NCBI GenBank assembly: GCA_021325135.1
Contig: JAJPHT010000039.1
Span: 32,001 to 96,000 of the forward strand
Direction of reading: 5' to 3'
Length of the DNA stretch: 64,000 bases
Source of the DNA: Pseudomonadota bacterium
Lineage (GTDB): Archaea > Thermoplasmatota > SW-10-69-26 > JACQPN01 > JAJPHT01
Below the pieces are notes generated by a model, which was given only the letters and a program-made list of their open reading frames with translations, did not search any database and had not been told where the DNA came from. Position numbers and translations under genes: made by a program. This document shows, one piece after another, positions 46,379 through 56,659 of the stretch; the first letter of the stretch is position 1; every line of letters begins with the position of its first letter.

Positions 46379-47689
46379 TTAAAGCTGGCCGACGGGAGCG
46401 GGGAGCGCGGGCGGCTTGGCGTCCAGGGCCAGCGCGAAGGCGTAGGTCTGCGTCACCACCGTCTCGACGTGGACGCGCCACGTCCCGCTGGAGGACGCGA
46501 CCCAGCCCGGCGAGACCACCGATGCAGAGTAGCCGAAGGTGCAGACGTTCGCGACCTGGACGAGGCCGGGGTCGTAGAGGTCGGCGCACACGAAGCTCCC
46601 CGAGATGGGCAGGCGGATGGACTGCCCGGCCTCGGCGTGGAACGAGTACCAGTCGGAAAGGTCGGTCATGACGTCCTCCTCTCCTCGGTAGACGGCGCCG
46701 GGGCTGATGGGGAGGGCCGCATCGGCCTCGTTGCCCGCGTCGCGGCCGCTGCCCGCGTCATCCTGCGGGTGGTCGAACTGGTCGAGGTAGACGGTGGGGT
46801 CCTCCGCGGGGCGCACGTCGGGCGCGGGCGCGTCGAGGCCCAGCGAGAAGCGGTAGGACTGCGGCGCGCCCAGGGGGAGGCCCAGCGTCCACGTGCCCGA
46901 CGCGTCCGCGACGAGGTCGAGGAGCGTGACGAGGCCGAGGCCCGTGTAGCTCTCCGAGCACGCGGGGCCCGCCGACGAGCCGTCGGGGCGGAGCAGCTCG
47001 TCGCAGCGCAGCGAGGTCGTGGACTGGACCTGCAGCCGGTCGCCCGCGGAGAGGGGGAAGGAGTACCAGTCCGCCGGGTCGTAGGGGCCGGCGCCGAAGC
47101 CGTCGTAGGCGATGCCGAACGAGACGGGCACCGCCTCGCGCGGGTCGTTGCCCGCGTCGCGGCCGCTGCCCGCGTCGTCGTGGGGCAGAGGGAGGGCCGG
47201 CCGCGCGGGCTCGGGCGCGATGGCGTCCAGGGCGAAGGAGAAGAAGTACGTCTGGTCTGCGTCGCCGGAGTAGGCGAGGTGATGGCGGCCCGCGCTGCCC
47301 ACGTGGAGCAGGAGGCGAATCTCCTGGCCGGCGAGGGAGCACGAGGAGGCCAGCTGGGTGGAGCCCGCGGCGTCCCACAGGCTCAGGCAGCCCGGCAGGC
47401 CGGAGAGGCGCGCGTCCAGAAGCGCGCCAGTGGGGGCGTCGAAGGAGTACCAGTCGGCGTAGTCCCCCGGCACGATCCCCTGGTGGTAGAGGTCGCGGTG
47501 GATGTCGCCGCGGTACACGACGCCGGGGAGGATGGGGACTGCGGTCGCGGGGCCCGTTCCGGCGTCCCGACCGCTGCCCGCGTCGTCTTCGCGGAGAGGA
47601 TAGGGCGGGAGATCGGGCGTGGTCAGGGCGAGGGCCGAGGGGAGAAGCAGCAGCACAGCGACGGCTGTCGCGGGGACGATGGGGCGCAC
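46379..47689 (-). CDS. Secreted protein with three PPC-like repeats
   Basis: DDAGSGRDAG...DWYSF three times; signal peptide. Confidence 0.75.
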   Translation of the reverse strand: MRPIVPATAVAVLLLLPSALALTTPDLPPYPLREDDAGSGRDAGTGPATAVPILPGVVYRGDIHRDLYHQGIVPGDYADWYSFDAPTGALLDARLSGLPGCLSLWDAAGSTQLASSCSLAGQEIRLLLHVGSAGRHHLAYSGDADQTYFFSFALDAIAPEPARPALPLPHDDAGSGRDAGNDPREAVPVSFGIAYDGFGAGPYDPADWYSFPLSAGDRLQVQSTTSLRCDELLRPDGSSAGPACSESYTGLGLVTLLDLVADASGTWTLGLPLGAPQSYRFSLGLDAPAPDVRPAEDPTVYLDQFDHPQDDAGSGRDAGNEADAALPISPGAVYRGEEDVMTDLSDWYSFHAEAGQSIRLPISGSFVCADLYDPGLVQVANVCTFGYSASVVSPGWVASSSGTWRVHVETVVTQTYAFALALDAKPPALPAPVGQL

Positions 47690-47820
47690 AACTCTAGCCT
47701 CCGCGACCTGCGTGGCGTTGCCAGCGGATGAAGGATCGCATGAGCGGCCGGTCCCTTGCTTGTATAAGTGCGGTTGCGGCAGCCCTTTTACGTCCGCGGG
47801 GCGCATCCCGGCCGATCCCC

Positions 47821-48720
47821 GTGAACATCAAGATCATCGGCGTGCCCATGGACCTGGGCGCCTCCCGCCGCGGCACCGACATGGGGCCCTCGGCCATGCG
47901 CGCCGCGCGCCTCGGGCCCCGCATCGAGCGGCTGGGCCATAACGTCGAGGACCTGGGCAACATCTACTCGCCCACGGTGGAGACGAAGGGGCCCGGCAAC
48001 CCGCGCCTGCGCTACGCCGACGAGATCACGCGCGTCTGCGACACGCTGGCGCGCCGCGTCGAGAAGGTCGTGCAGGCCGGCGAGTTCCCGCTGGTCCTGG
48101 GCGGCGACCACTCCATCGCCATGGGTACCGTGGGCGGCGTCGCGCGGGCCATCGGCGCGGGCCGCACGGGCGTCATCTGGGTGGACGCGCACGGCGACTT
48201 CAACACCGCGGACACGAGCCCCACGGGCAACATCCACGGCATGCCCTACGCGGCCATCTGCGGCATCGGCGAGCAGGCCCTCACCGAGCTTGGCGGCGTC
48301 AACCCCAAGGTGAAGTGCGAGAACGCGGTCATCGTCGGCGCGCGCGATATCGATCCCGAGGAGGGCACGCTCCTCAAGAAGGCCGGCGTCACGGTGTTCA
48401 CCATGCGCGAGATCGACGAGCGGGGCATCCGCCGCGTCATGGAGGACGCGCTGGACGCCGCGTGCCGCAACGTCGCGCACCTGCACGTCTCGTTCGACGC
48501 GGACAGCGTGGACCCCGAGGACGCGCCCGGCGTCGGCACGCCCGTCCCCGGAGGCCTCACCTACCGCGAGGCGCACCTGGCCATGGAGATGGCGAGCGAG
48601 GTGCCCTTCTTCAAGAGCCTGGAGATCGTCGAGGTCAACCCGCTCATGGACGAGCGCAACCGCACCGCCGAGCTGATGGTGGGGCTCGCCGCCAGCGCGC
48701 TGGGGAAGCGCATCCTCTGA
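47821..48720 (+). CDS. rocF: Arginase
   Basis: LGGDHS, DAHGDFNT..SPTGNIHGMP, SFDAD, GTPVPGG, EVNP. Confidence 0.95.
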   Translation: MNIKIIGVPMDLGASRRGTDMGPSAMRAARLGPRIERLGHNVEDLGNIYSPTVETKGPGNPRLRYADEITRVCDTLARRVEKVVQAGEFPLVLGGDHSIAMGTVGGVARAIGAGRTGVIWVDAHGDFNTADTSPTGNIHGMPYAAICGIGEQALTELGGVNPKVKCENAVIVGARDIDPEEGTLLKKAGVTVFTMREIDERGIRRVMEDALDAACRNVAHLHVSFDADSVDPEDAPGVGTPVPGGLTYREAHLAMEMASEVPFFKSLEIVEVNPLMDERNRTAELMVGLAASALGKRIL

Positions 48721-48723
48721 GGC

Positions 48724-50766
48724 TCACGGCCGCCGGCGCCACGCGAGGGCGAGCGCGGCCACGAGCGGGACCAGCAGCGCGACGCCCGGCGCCGGGAGGA
48801 ACCTTGCGGGCGCGGCCACGTCGTAGGTCTTCTCGACGTGGATGGGCTGCGCGCTGTCCACGCCAAGAATCTTGAGGTCGGCGCTCACGGTGTGCTTGCC
48901 CGCGGGGAGGTCCAGGTCGTCGGTGCGCTGCGTCGCGGTGCCCGCGCCCGGCACGCCCGGGATGACCTTGTCGCCCACGAGCTTGCCGTCCAGGCGGAAC
49001 TCGACGCTCACGCGGTCCACGGGCGCGAGGTTGGGGTTGCGCACGACGACGCCCACGAAGCCCTTCACCGAGCCGCCGTCGACGCGCGTGATCACGTCGA
49101 GGTTCGTGACGGTGAGCGTCGCGGGGGGCTCGGGGGGCGGCTGCTGCGGGGAGCCCCCGTCGGGGCCGGGCGGAGGGGTGGAGGTCGTGGGGGGCGTGGG
49201 CGGGGACGGCGTCACGTCGGGGGGCGGCGACTCGGAGGCTGGCGCGGCGATGGTGATGTCGCGCTGGATCGCGTTGTCGTCGCGCGTGGACTCGTTGACG
49301 AGGCGGTCGGGGTCGACCAGGGCGGAGAGCGTGTGGTTCCCCTCCGCGGCGCCGCCCCACGAGAAGACGGCCGAGTAGGACCGTCCGGCGGGGAGCGCGG
49401 GCACGTCCTTGCTCGCGAGCAGCACGCCGTCGGCGCGCAGGAGGAGCGTCGTGCGGTTGGAGGCGCCCTGGCCCGCGTTGCGCACGAGCGCCGTGACCAT
49501 CACCGTCTCGCCGGGGCTGGGGTCGTCGGGCAGCGCGTCGAGGCGCTCCACGAGGAGGTCGGGCTGCGCCGCGGTCTCGGCCGTGCCCTGGATGGTGAGG
49601 TTCTGGTCCCACTCGTTGTTGGCCCTCGTCTGCTCGACGGTGAGGTTGTCCGGGTCCGCGACGACGCGCAGCGTGTGCGCGCCCGCGCCGAGCACCGCGT
49701 AGAGCTGGTAGTGCGCCGTCTGGCCCGGGCCGAGGTTGGGCGACGACGCGTTGGCGATGGGGACCGCGCCGTCGTACACGCGGATCTGCGCCACGCCCGC
49801 GGCTCGGTCGCCCAGGTTCGTCACCAGCGCGTCCACGAGGAGGCCGCGGTGCTCCAGGAACGAGCCGTGCACGGTGACGTTCGCGACCGCGAGGTCGGGC
49901 GCGGGGTGCGGGAGGATCTCGAAGGGAGCGCACGCGACGTAGAGCGTGTTCGTGCACTGGAGCACGGTGGCGTTGGCGGGGTCCAGCACGGCCATGGCGG
50001 TGAAGTTGCCCGCGGGGCGCAGGTCCGTGTCGTTGTAGATGAACACCTCGGCCTGCGTGCCCGGCTGGAGCGCGGGGACGCCGTCCGAGCCCACGAGGCC
50101 GTTGTCGTCGTAGAACGCGACGGTGGTGGGCGCCGAGGGCGCGTCGCCCGCGTTCGCGACGGTGGCGACCATGAACTGCGACGTGCTGGGGCGGCCCACC
50201 GGGGGCGAGACGCGGAACGCCGCGAGGTGCAGGTCGGGCGCGGGCGTGGGACGCACGTAGAACCAGCGGTCGGGCGCGACGTTGTTGGACTCGTCCGACT
50301 CGGCCACGTCGCCGTTGGGCGCGTCGCCGCGCGGCGGGTCCACGGTGAGGGAGAAGCGGTGCCAGCCCGCGGCCAGCGTGGCGTTCCAGCACAGCTCGTC
50401 GCTGAAGTCGCCCGTGTGCAGGAGCTTGAGCACCTGGAGCGACGACTCGGGCAGGCCGTCGAGGACGAGCTGCACGTAGAAGGGGGACTTGGTGGCGCTG
50501 TCCTGCGCAACGTTGGCCGCGTAGCCGCACATCTGGCTGGGGAAGCGCTCGTCGGTCACGGTGGCGGCGAGGTTCGCGCCGAAGAGGTCGGGCGAGCGGC
50601 AGTAGGGCGGCGTGGCGCCCGCGCCGTTGGACTGCGCCGCGTCGTAGGCCTGCTCCTGCTGGTCGCAGAACGGGTCGTCCGCCCGCGCGGGGCCCGGGAG
50701 CGCCAGGGCTGGCGCCAGCACGAGCAGGGCCAGCAGGATGCCTCGGGCGGCCTGGGGCGACACCAC
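48724..50766 (-). CDS. CARDB (Ig-like) repeat surface protein with C-terminal anchor
   Basis: PDL.V..., V.N.G, DP.N...E....NN repeats; Pro-rich linker; LPAPG-TM-RRRP. Confidence 0.82.
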   Translation of the reverse strand: MVSPQAARGILLALLVLAPALALPGPARADDPFCDQQEQAYDAAQSNGAGATPPYCRSPDLFGANLAATVTDERFPSQMCGYAANVAQDSATKSPFYVQLVLDGLPESSLQVLKLLHTGDFSDELCWNATLAAGWHRFSLTVDPPRGDAPNGDVAESDESNNVAPDRWFYVRPTPAPDLHLAAFRVSPPVGRPSTSQFMVATVANAGDAPSAPTTVAFYDDNGLVGSDGVPALQPGTQAEVFIYNDTDLRPAGNFTAMAVLDPANATVLQCTNTLYVACAPFEILPHPAPDLAVANVTVHGSFLEHRGLLVDALVTNLGDRAAGVAQIRVYDGAVPIANASSPNLGPGQTAHYQLYAVLGAGAHTLRVVADPDNLTVEQTRANNEWDQNLTIQGTAETAAQPDLLVERLDALPDDPSPGETVMVTALVRNAGQGASNRTTLLLRADGVLLASKDVPALPAGRSYSAVFSWGGAAEGNHTLSALVDPDRLVNESTRDDNAIQRDITIAAPASESPPPDVTPSPPTPPTTSTPPPGPDGGSPQQPPPEPPATLTVTNLDVITRVDGGSVKGFVGVVVRNPNLAPVDRVSVEFRLDGKLVGDKVIPGVPGAGTATQRTDDLDLPAGKHTVSADLKILGVDSAQPIHVEKTYDVAAPARFLPAPGVALLVPLVAALALAWRRRP

Positions 50767-50906
50767 GTCGGACCGGCCCCCAACGGCTCTTAAGCCTTGT
50801 TGAGCACCCTTTGGCGATCGGCGCCCATCGCACGACCTGAGCGCTGCCTCCGCTTCACAGCTTTTCTTCGCAAGTGGCTTGTAACACAATGGGCGTGCGA
50901 AGCGCC

Positions 50907-51338
50907 ATGCGCCTCCCTCTCGTCGCGATCCTTCTGCTCGCGCTCGCCCCGCTCCCGCATGCGGCGGCCGCCCTCTGCGGCTCCCCGTGCGGTCCGCCCC
51001 AAAACCCCTGCGAGCCCATGTGCGCAGGCGCCAGCGGTGAATGCTACGACTCCGATCCCACCGTGATGGGCGCCACCGGCGGCGAGGACGAGGCCGGCGT
51101 CGCGGGCGGCTCCGTGGTCCTCCCGACGGGCACGGGCGCCGCGAACGCGCTGTTCGCATTCCTCAACGACCCCAAGGGCATCCCCGCGGGCGACGCCTGC
51201 ACGGCTCCTGGCGACGACCACCTGGAAGCGCACGCCTTCGTGGCGGGCGCGGGGGGCGTCGAGGTCTGCTACGATGGAGCGGTCCACGCCTACGCGACGG
51301 AGGTCTGCGACGGTGACGACCCGGGCGACTCCGGCTGA
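50907..51338 (+). CDS. Secreted Cys-rich hypothetical protein
   Basis: Signal peptide; 8 Cys. Confidence 0.65.
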   Translation: MRLPLVAILLLALAPLPHAAAALCGSPCGPPQNPCEPMCAGASGECYDSDPTVMGATGGEDEAGVAGGSVVLPTGTGAANALFAFLNDPKGIPAGDACTAPGDDHLEAHAFVAGAGGVEVCYDGAVHAYATEVCDGDDPGDSG

Positions 51339-51439
51339 GCAACGCCTGATCCCTCGGAACGGGGCCCCGCCTCGTTCCCCGCGCATCGCGACCGCGCAGT
51401 TCAAACCGCCTCGCCGCCGAAGAGCGCCGCGGGATGCAC

Positions 51440-51730
51440 ATGGACACGGCGAACCTCCTCGTCTCGCACCGGCAGCACGTCTTGGACCTCTTCCACGCCG
51501 CGTTGCCGGGAGTCAGGGGCGTCGTACTCTCCGACCCGGCGGGAGCCCCCGTGGCGCATGACGCGGGGCCCCACGCCGGGCCGCTGGCCGCCGCCGCGCT
51601 GCGCGAGCACCAGGCCTCGGGCGGCGTCGGGGCCTCCACCATGGTGAGCCACGCCGACGGGCTCTACCTCGTCGTCTTCCTCTCCGCGCAGCAGGCCCAG
51701 GCGTGGGCCGCTCCCCCCTTGCCCGCGTGA
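51440..51730 (+). CDS. Small roadblock/LC7-like hypothetical protein
   Basis: LPGVRGVVLSDPAGAPVAH. Confidence 0.5.
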   Translation: MDTANLLVSHRQHVLDLFHAALPGVRGVVLSDPAGAPVAHDAGPHAGPLAAAALREHQASGGVGASTMVSHADGLYLVVFLSAQQAQAWAAPPLPA

Positions 51731-51767
51731 GCCGAAGGGTTTTCCGGGGTCGCGCGGCTGCGCCCGC

Positions 51768-52511
51768 GTGAGCGACGTCGTCGCGGGCCGCAACCCCGTG
51801 GCCGAGGCCCTGAAGGCGGGCCGCGTGCAGCGCCTCCTCGTGAGCGAGACCGCCGCCAACGACAAGGCGATGCGCGCGCTGCTGGAGCGCGCCCGCGCCG
51901 CCCGCGTGCCGCCGGAGACGGTGCCCCTCGCCACCATCGAGCGCCACGCGCCCGGCGTCGTCCACCAGGGCGTCGTCGCGCTCTGCGAGCCGCGCGGCTA
52001 CTGGACGCTGGACGAGGTGCTGGCCTCGGCGCGGGCGAAGAACGAGGACCCGTTCCTCCTCCTGCTGGACGGCGTGGAGGACCCCCACAACCTGGGCGCC
52101 ATCCTGCGCGTGGCGGACGGCGCGGGCGCGCACGGCGTCGTCATCCCCGGCCGCGGCGCCGTCGGCCTCACGCCCACGGTGCTGAAGTCCAGCGCGGGCG
52201 CGGCGGAGCACGTCCCCGTGGCGCAGGTGGGCAACCTCACTGACGCCGTGCTGCATCTGAAGCGCGAGCAGGTCTGGGTGGGCATCGCGGAGGCCACGCA
52301 GGGCAAGCCCTACTTCCAGGAGCGCCTCACCGGCCCCCTCGCCCTCGTCCTGGGCTCCGAAGGCGCGGGCGTGTCGCGGCCCGTGGCGAAGCACGCCGAC
52401 TTCGCGGTCCACATCCCCCTGAAGGGCGCCGTCAACTCCCTGAACGTCAGCGTCGCGTGCGCGGTGCTCTGCTTCGAGCGGGTGCGGCAGCTATCAGGCG
52501 GGAAGCGCTGA
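51768..52511 (+). CDS. rlmB: TrmH/RlmB-family SPOUT rRNA methyltransferase
   Basis: GRNPV.EAL, HQGVVA, DPHNLGAILR.A, GSEG, SLNVSVA. Confidence 0.9.
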   Translation: MSDVVAGRNPVAEALKAGRVQRLLVSETAANDKAMRALLERARAARVPPETVPLATIERHAPGVVHQGVVALCEPRGYWTLDEVLASARAKNEDPFLLLLDGVEDPHNLGAILRVADGAGAHGVVIPGRGAVGLTPTVLKSSAGAAEHVPVAQVGNLTDAVLHLKREQVWVGIAEATQGKPYFQERLTGPLALVLGSEGAGVSRPVAKHADFAVHIPLKGAVNSLNVSVACAVLCFERVRQLSGGKR

Positions 52512-52570
52512 GATCAAGTTCGGTGCCTTCAAGCCCCCGCGCATCGTGGCCGCGCGCGGGAGCCTTGAAC

Positions 52571-52930
52571 ATGACCATGCTGAAGACCTCGGAGGACATC
52601 GCGCAGGCGAACGGCCAGGCCGCACCCTCCCCCGCCGCGACGCCCATCCCCGTCATCGTCACGCCCGTCCACGTCCCCACCGCCGCGGACGTCACGACCC
52701 TCGTCGAGGCCGCGCACGAGCACATCGAGAAGATGGTGAGCGCGGAGCTGGCCCAGATCCAGTCCACCCTCGCCACCGCGTGGCGCGCCTCGGAGGTCAA
52801 CCTCGCCAAGGCCCAGGCCGACCTCGCGGCCCTCACCCAGGCCTACCAGCAGCTGGAGGCCAAGCACCAGGCCGCGGAGCGCAAGGTGGCGGTCCTGGAA
52901 GAGGTCCGCGCGAGCCTCCAGAAGCTCTGA
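52571..52930 (+). CDS. Small coiled-coil protein A
   Basis: Heptad pattern; ends ERKVAVLEEVRASLQKL. Confidence 0.7.
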   Translation: MTMLKTSEDIAQANGQAAPSPAATPIPVIVTPVHVPTAADVTTLVEAAHEHIEKMVSAELAQIQSTLATAWRASEVNLAKAQADLAALTQAYQQLEAKHQAAERKVAVLEEVRASLQKL

Positions 52931-53010
52931 GCCCGGGTCTTGGCGCTTGGGAGGATCGGACCTGCCAAGGGAGAAGCCGCGCTGGGCGCTCTGCCGTGCG
53001 GGTCTTCCCC

Positions 53011-53907
53011 ATGCGCAGCGCCCCCCTGCTCCTGCTGATCGTCCTCCTCGTCTCTCCCCTCTCGGCCGCAGTGGGTCCCCTCGCAGGGCCCGCGTGCGTC
53101 GATCCCCCCTCGCAGGAGGAGGCCGTCTCGCACAATGCCCTCTCGGCTTCGGCCGCGGTCCAGGGCGGAGCGTGCGCCTTCGCCTCGCCGGATGCGGCCT
53201 CCGCGAGCGCCCCTGCCACGGCCTGCGCCACGGCGCGTCTCGCCGCGACGACCGACTCCGCGGCCCTCTGCACGCCCGCCGCCGGGCAGGCCGACGCAGG
53301 CGTCTCCTCCGGCTCGCCCGTCGTGGAGGTCGGCGCATCGACTCCGCTTCAGGCTTGCCTCGCCAACGACGAGAGCGAGGCGTGCTCCGACCCCGTCTCC
53401 ACCTTCACCGACGTCGTCTCCCAGCTTCCGCTCGCGACGCAGCTCCTTCTGGCGTGCCTCAACGCCCAGCTTGGCCATTCGAGGAGCTACGACTGCTTCG
53501 GGCGCGTCACCGACGCGTTCTTCAACCCGCCCCAAGGCGGCGTGATCGTGCTGACGTGGAAGGGCGGCCAGTGGACGAAGCAGGCCAGCGTGGGGTGGGA
53601 CTGCGTCGACTCCTCCCAGACCGCCAGCCGCTATCTCGTCCACTGCAGCCCGTCCGCGGGGAAGAGCTTCCGCTGCAAGAACTTCCAGGTCTACGGCGAC
53701 GTGTCGCGGTCGCACCACAGCGCCCGCCCCGAGGCCGTGGCCACGACGAAGTGCAGCGGGATCACGGTGTCGTGCTACACCGACGGAGGGTCGTGCACGG
53801 ACCACGTCTGGACGGGCTCGCTCGACCCCGACCTCTTCTGCCAGCTCACCATCGGCCTCCCTGGCGAGATCGACCAGGCGACGGCGGTCTGCTACAACGA
53901 CCCGTGA
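53011..53907 (+). CDS. Secreted Cys-rich hypothetical protein
   Basis: Signal peptide; many Cys; ends VCYNDP. Confidence 0.65.
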   Translation: MRSAPLLLLIVLLVSPLSAAVGPLAGPACVDPPSQEEAVSHNALSASAAVQGGACAFASPDAASASAPATACATARLAATTDSAALCTPAAGQADAGVSSGSPVVEVGASTPLQACLANDESEACSDPVSTFTDVVSQLPLATQLLLACLNAQLGHSRSYDCFGRVTDAFFNPPQGGVIVLTWKGGQWTKQASVGWDCVDSSQTASRYLVHCSPSAGKSFRCKNFQVYGDVSRSHHSARPEAVATTKCSGITVSCYTDGGSCTDHVWTGSLDPDLFCQLTIGLPGEIDQATAVCYNDP

Positions 53908-53949
53908 AGGCGCGCCTCCGGGTGGGCGGGCGAAGTCCTCAAGTACCCC

Positions 53950-54288
53950 ATGCCGCAGACCCAACCTGTGGTGTTGGGAGTGTTCCGCAAGCGGAGCGAC
54001 GCGGACGAAGCGATTCCGGAAGACCTGCTGGCCAACGTGCCCGAGATCGGCGGCGGAGGGCCCGCGACGACGCGGCTCACCGTCGTCGCCGTGGAGGAGG
54101 ACGACGAGGACCCGCTGCGCGACGTGCGCGCGAGCCTGGAGCGCGCCTCCGAAGGGCTCTCGCACATGGCGCGGCGCGTGAAGGACCTGGAGAGCGAGAA
54201 CCTCAGGCTCGCCGCGCGCCTGCGCGAGGCCGAGGCCAAGGCCGCCCTCCTCGACGAGGTGCGCGCGTCGCTCAACAAGGCGCGCTGA
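53950..54288 (+). CDS. Small coiled-coil protein B
   Basis: Ends [18 protein letters not shown]. Confidence 0.7.
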   Translation: MPQTQPVVLGVFRKRSDADEAIPEDLLANVPEIGGGGPATTRLTVVAVEEDDEDPLRDVRASLERASEGLSHMARRVKDLESENLRLAARLREAEAKAALLDEVRASLNKAR

Positions 54289-54328
54289 GCCGGAAGCCTC
54301 ACGCTCCGGCCCCCGTGTGCCGCGGGCG

Positions 54329-54898
54329 ATGATCCTCTCGGACCGCGACATCCTCGCGCGGCTGAAGCAGGGCGACCTCGTCGTCGATCCGCTGGACGAC
54401 CCGGACCTGCAGGTCCAGCCCGCGAGCATCGACCTGCGCCTGGGCGACGAGTTCCTCGTGTTCCGCAATCCCCACATCCCGTTCATCGACCCCCAGGCGA
54501 GCGACCTCTCGGGCCTCACGGAGAAGATCGTCGTGGGCCGGGGCTCCCCCTTCATCCTGCACCCCGGCGAGTTCGCGCTGGGCACGACCCACGAGCGCGT
54601 GCGCATCCCGGCCGACCTCGTGGCCAAGGTCGAGGGGCGCAGCAGCCTGGGCCGCCTCGCGGTGGTCGTCCACGCGACGGCGGGCTTCGTGGACCCCGGC
54701 TTCGAGGGGCACATCACGCTGGAATTGTCCAACCTCGGCCGCGTGCCCGTGGCGCTCCACCCGGGCATGCGCATCTCGCAGATCGCGCTCCACCAGATGT
54801 CCAGCCCTGCGCAGCGCCCCTACGGCTCGCCCGGCCGCCGCAGCAAGTACCAGGGCCAGCGGGGCCCCGTGGCGAGCCGCATCGGAGAGGACCGCTGA
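54329..54898 (+). CDS. dcd: dCTP deaminase
   Basis: [48 protein letters not shown]. Confidence 0.95.
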   Translation: MILSDRDILARLKQGDLVVDPLDDPDLQVQPASIDLRLGDEFLVFRNPHIPFIDPQASDLSGLTEKIVVGRGSPFILHPGEFALGTTHERVRIPADLVAKVEGRSSLGRLAVVVHATAGFVDPGFEGHITLELSNLGRVPVALHPGMRISQIALHQMSSPAQRPYGSPGRRSKYQGQRGPVASRIGEDR

Positions 54899-54944
54899 GG
54901 ACTTCCACCACAGCTTAAGTAGGGGCCCCGGGCGACTCCCACCC

Positions 54945-55298
54945 ATGACGCCCCCCGAGGAACGCCCCGCCAGCCTTGCGAGCGCCCTGGCCCCCGCCTG
55001 GAACGGCGAAGACGCGGGCGCGCACGACGTCATGCACCGCATGGAGAACATCCTGGTGAAGGAGCTGCCCCGCGTCGCCGACATGATGGGCAGCCTCATG
55101 CGCGGCATGGAGGAGCGCCTCGACGAGGCGATGCGCGAGATCGCGCGCCTGCGCGAGGCGCAGCAGGCCCTGGAGCGCCAGCACGCCGACGACGAGGCCC
55201 GGCTCTCCGAGCTGGACGCGCTGCGCCGGCAGAACGCGGAGTTCGCGGCGAAGCTCGACGCCGTCGCGGACCTCAAGCGCGCCATCTCCCGGCTCTGA
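54945..55298 (+). CDS. Small coiled-coil protein C
   Basis: Ends AAKLDAVADLKRAISRL; CTTAAGTA upstream. Confidence 0.7.
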   Translation: MTPPEERPASLASALAPAWNGEDAGAHDVMHRMENILVKELPRVADMMGSLMRGMEERLDEAMREIARLREAQQALERQHADDEARLSELDALRRQNAEFAAKLDAVADLKRAISRL

Positions 55299-55302
55299 GC
55301 CC

Positions 55303-56628
55303 ATGAGCGCGCGGCCCCCCGCGCCCCCCAGCGAGGAGGCGTTCCGTCGTCGGGAGAGCCTCGTCGAGGCCCTGCACCAGACCTCGCTGGGCCTCCTCAG
55401 CCGCAGCGGGACCGACGGCCTCCTGGAGGACATCGTCTCCCGCGCCGCGAAGCTCGCCGACGCGCCCGAAGGGTACGTCTACGTCGTGGACGAGGCGACC
55501 GACGAGCTCGTCGTGCGCGCCGCGGTGGGCTCGCAGGTGATCAAATACATGGGCCTGCGCCTCAAGCGGGGCGAGGGCATCGCGGGGCGCGCATGGGAAG
55601 GGGGCGAGCCCCTCGTGGTCTCCGACTACGCGGTCTGGCAGGGGCGCAGCCCGCGCATCCAGCGCGACGACGTCCGCGCCGTCGCCGTCTTCCCGCTCCA
55701 GGCCAACGGGCGCCTCCTGGGCGTCCTGGGCATCTTCCACACGGACCCCGCGAAGTCGTTCGACGAGGAGCGCCTCTGGCTGCTGGGCCGCTACGCGCAG
55801 CTTGCCGCCGTCGCCCTCGACCACGCGCTCCTCCTCGCGGACCTGCGCGAGAGCGAGGAGCGCTTCCGCGTGGCCTTCGAGCACTCCACCATCGGCCGGG
55901 GCGTGAGCCTCCCCGACGGGCGCTGGGTGCGCGTGAACCGCGCGCTCTGCGACATGCTGGGCTACACCGAGGCCGAGCTTCTGGGCCGGCGCTCCGACGA
56001 CGTGACGCACCCGGACGACGTGGCGGCGACGCAGGAGGCGCGCCGCGCGATGGTCGAGGGCGGCTCGCGCTTGTTCGACCTGGAGAAGCGCTACCTGCGC
56101 AAGGATGGCTCCGTCCTGTGGGCCCGCGCCACGGTCTCGTGCGTGCGCGACGCGGCCGGCCAGGTGCGCTACCTCGTGGGCGACATCATGGACCTCTCGG
56201 GGAAGCGGCGCATGGAGGAGGCCGTGCGCGAGCAGGCCGTGACGCGCAGCCTCGTGCGCTCCATGCTCCAGGACATCGGCCGGGCAGGTCACCTGCCGCA
56301 CCAGCTCATGCGCGACCTGGGCCGGCGCTTGGCCAACGAGGTCGAGGGCAAGTCGCTGGGGGACTGGCTCGCGGCGTTCGCCGCCATGGGGCTGGGCCGC
56401 CTGGAGGTCGTCTCCTCCGACGGCGTGCGCTTCACGCTGCGCGGGGTCGACCTCCTGGAGTACGTGCCCGGCGCCCGCGAGCCCTCCTGCCACCTCCCCC
56501 TGGGCTTCCTGGAGGGGGCCTACTTCGCGCTCACCGGCCGCGAGGGGCTGGGCGCGGAGCTTCGCTGCCAGTCGCTGCGCCACCCGGAGTGCCTCTTCGT
56601 GGTCGCGGCGCGGCCCGGCCGGCGATAG
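55303..56628 (+). CDS. GAF-PAS/PAC-V4R sensor protein
   Basis: GEGIAGRAW (GAF); VNRALCDMLGY, THPDD, RKDGS (PAS/PAC); CHLPLGFLEG..E.RC....C.F (V4R). Confidence 0.85.
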   Translation: MSARPPAPPSEEAFRRRESLVEALHQTSLGLLSRSGTDGLLEDIVSRAAKLADAPEGYVYVVDEATDELVVRAAVGSQVIKYMGLRLKRGEGIAGRAWEGGEPLVVSDYAVWQGRSPRIQRDDVRAVAVFPLQANGRLLGVLGIFHTDPAKSFDEERLWLLGRYAQLAAVALDHALLLADLRESEERFRVAFEHSTIGRGVSLPDGRWVRVNRALCDMLGYTEAELLGRRSDDVTHPDDVAATQEARRAMVEGGSRLFDLEKRYLRKDGSVLWARATVSCVRDAAGQVRYLVGDIMDLSGKRRMEEAVREQAVTRSLVRSMLQDIGRAGHLPHQLMRDLGRRLANEVEGKSLGDWLAAFAAMGLGRLEVVSSDGVRFTLRGVDLLEYVPGAREPSCHLPLGFLEGAYFALTGREGLGAELRCQSLRHPECLFVVAARPGRR

Positions 56629-56659
56629 GCTCTTGACCGGGAGCGGCAGGTGGCGTGGC

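Noticed and set aside
46729-47588. Dispersed ~30-bp DNA repeats
   Set aside because: Explained by the coding repeat DDAGSGRDAG
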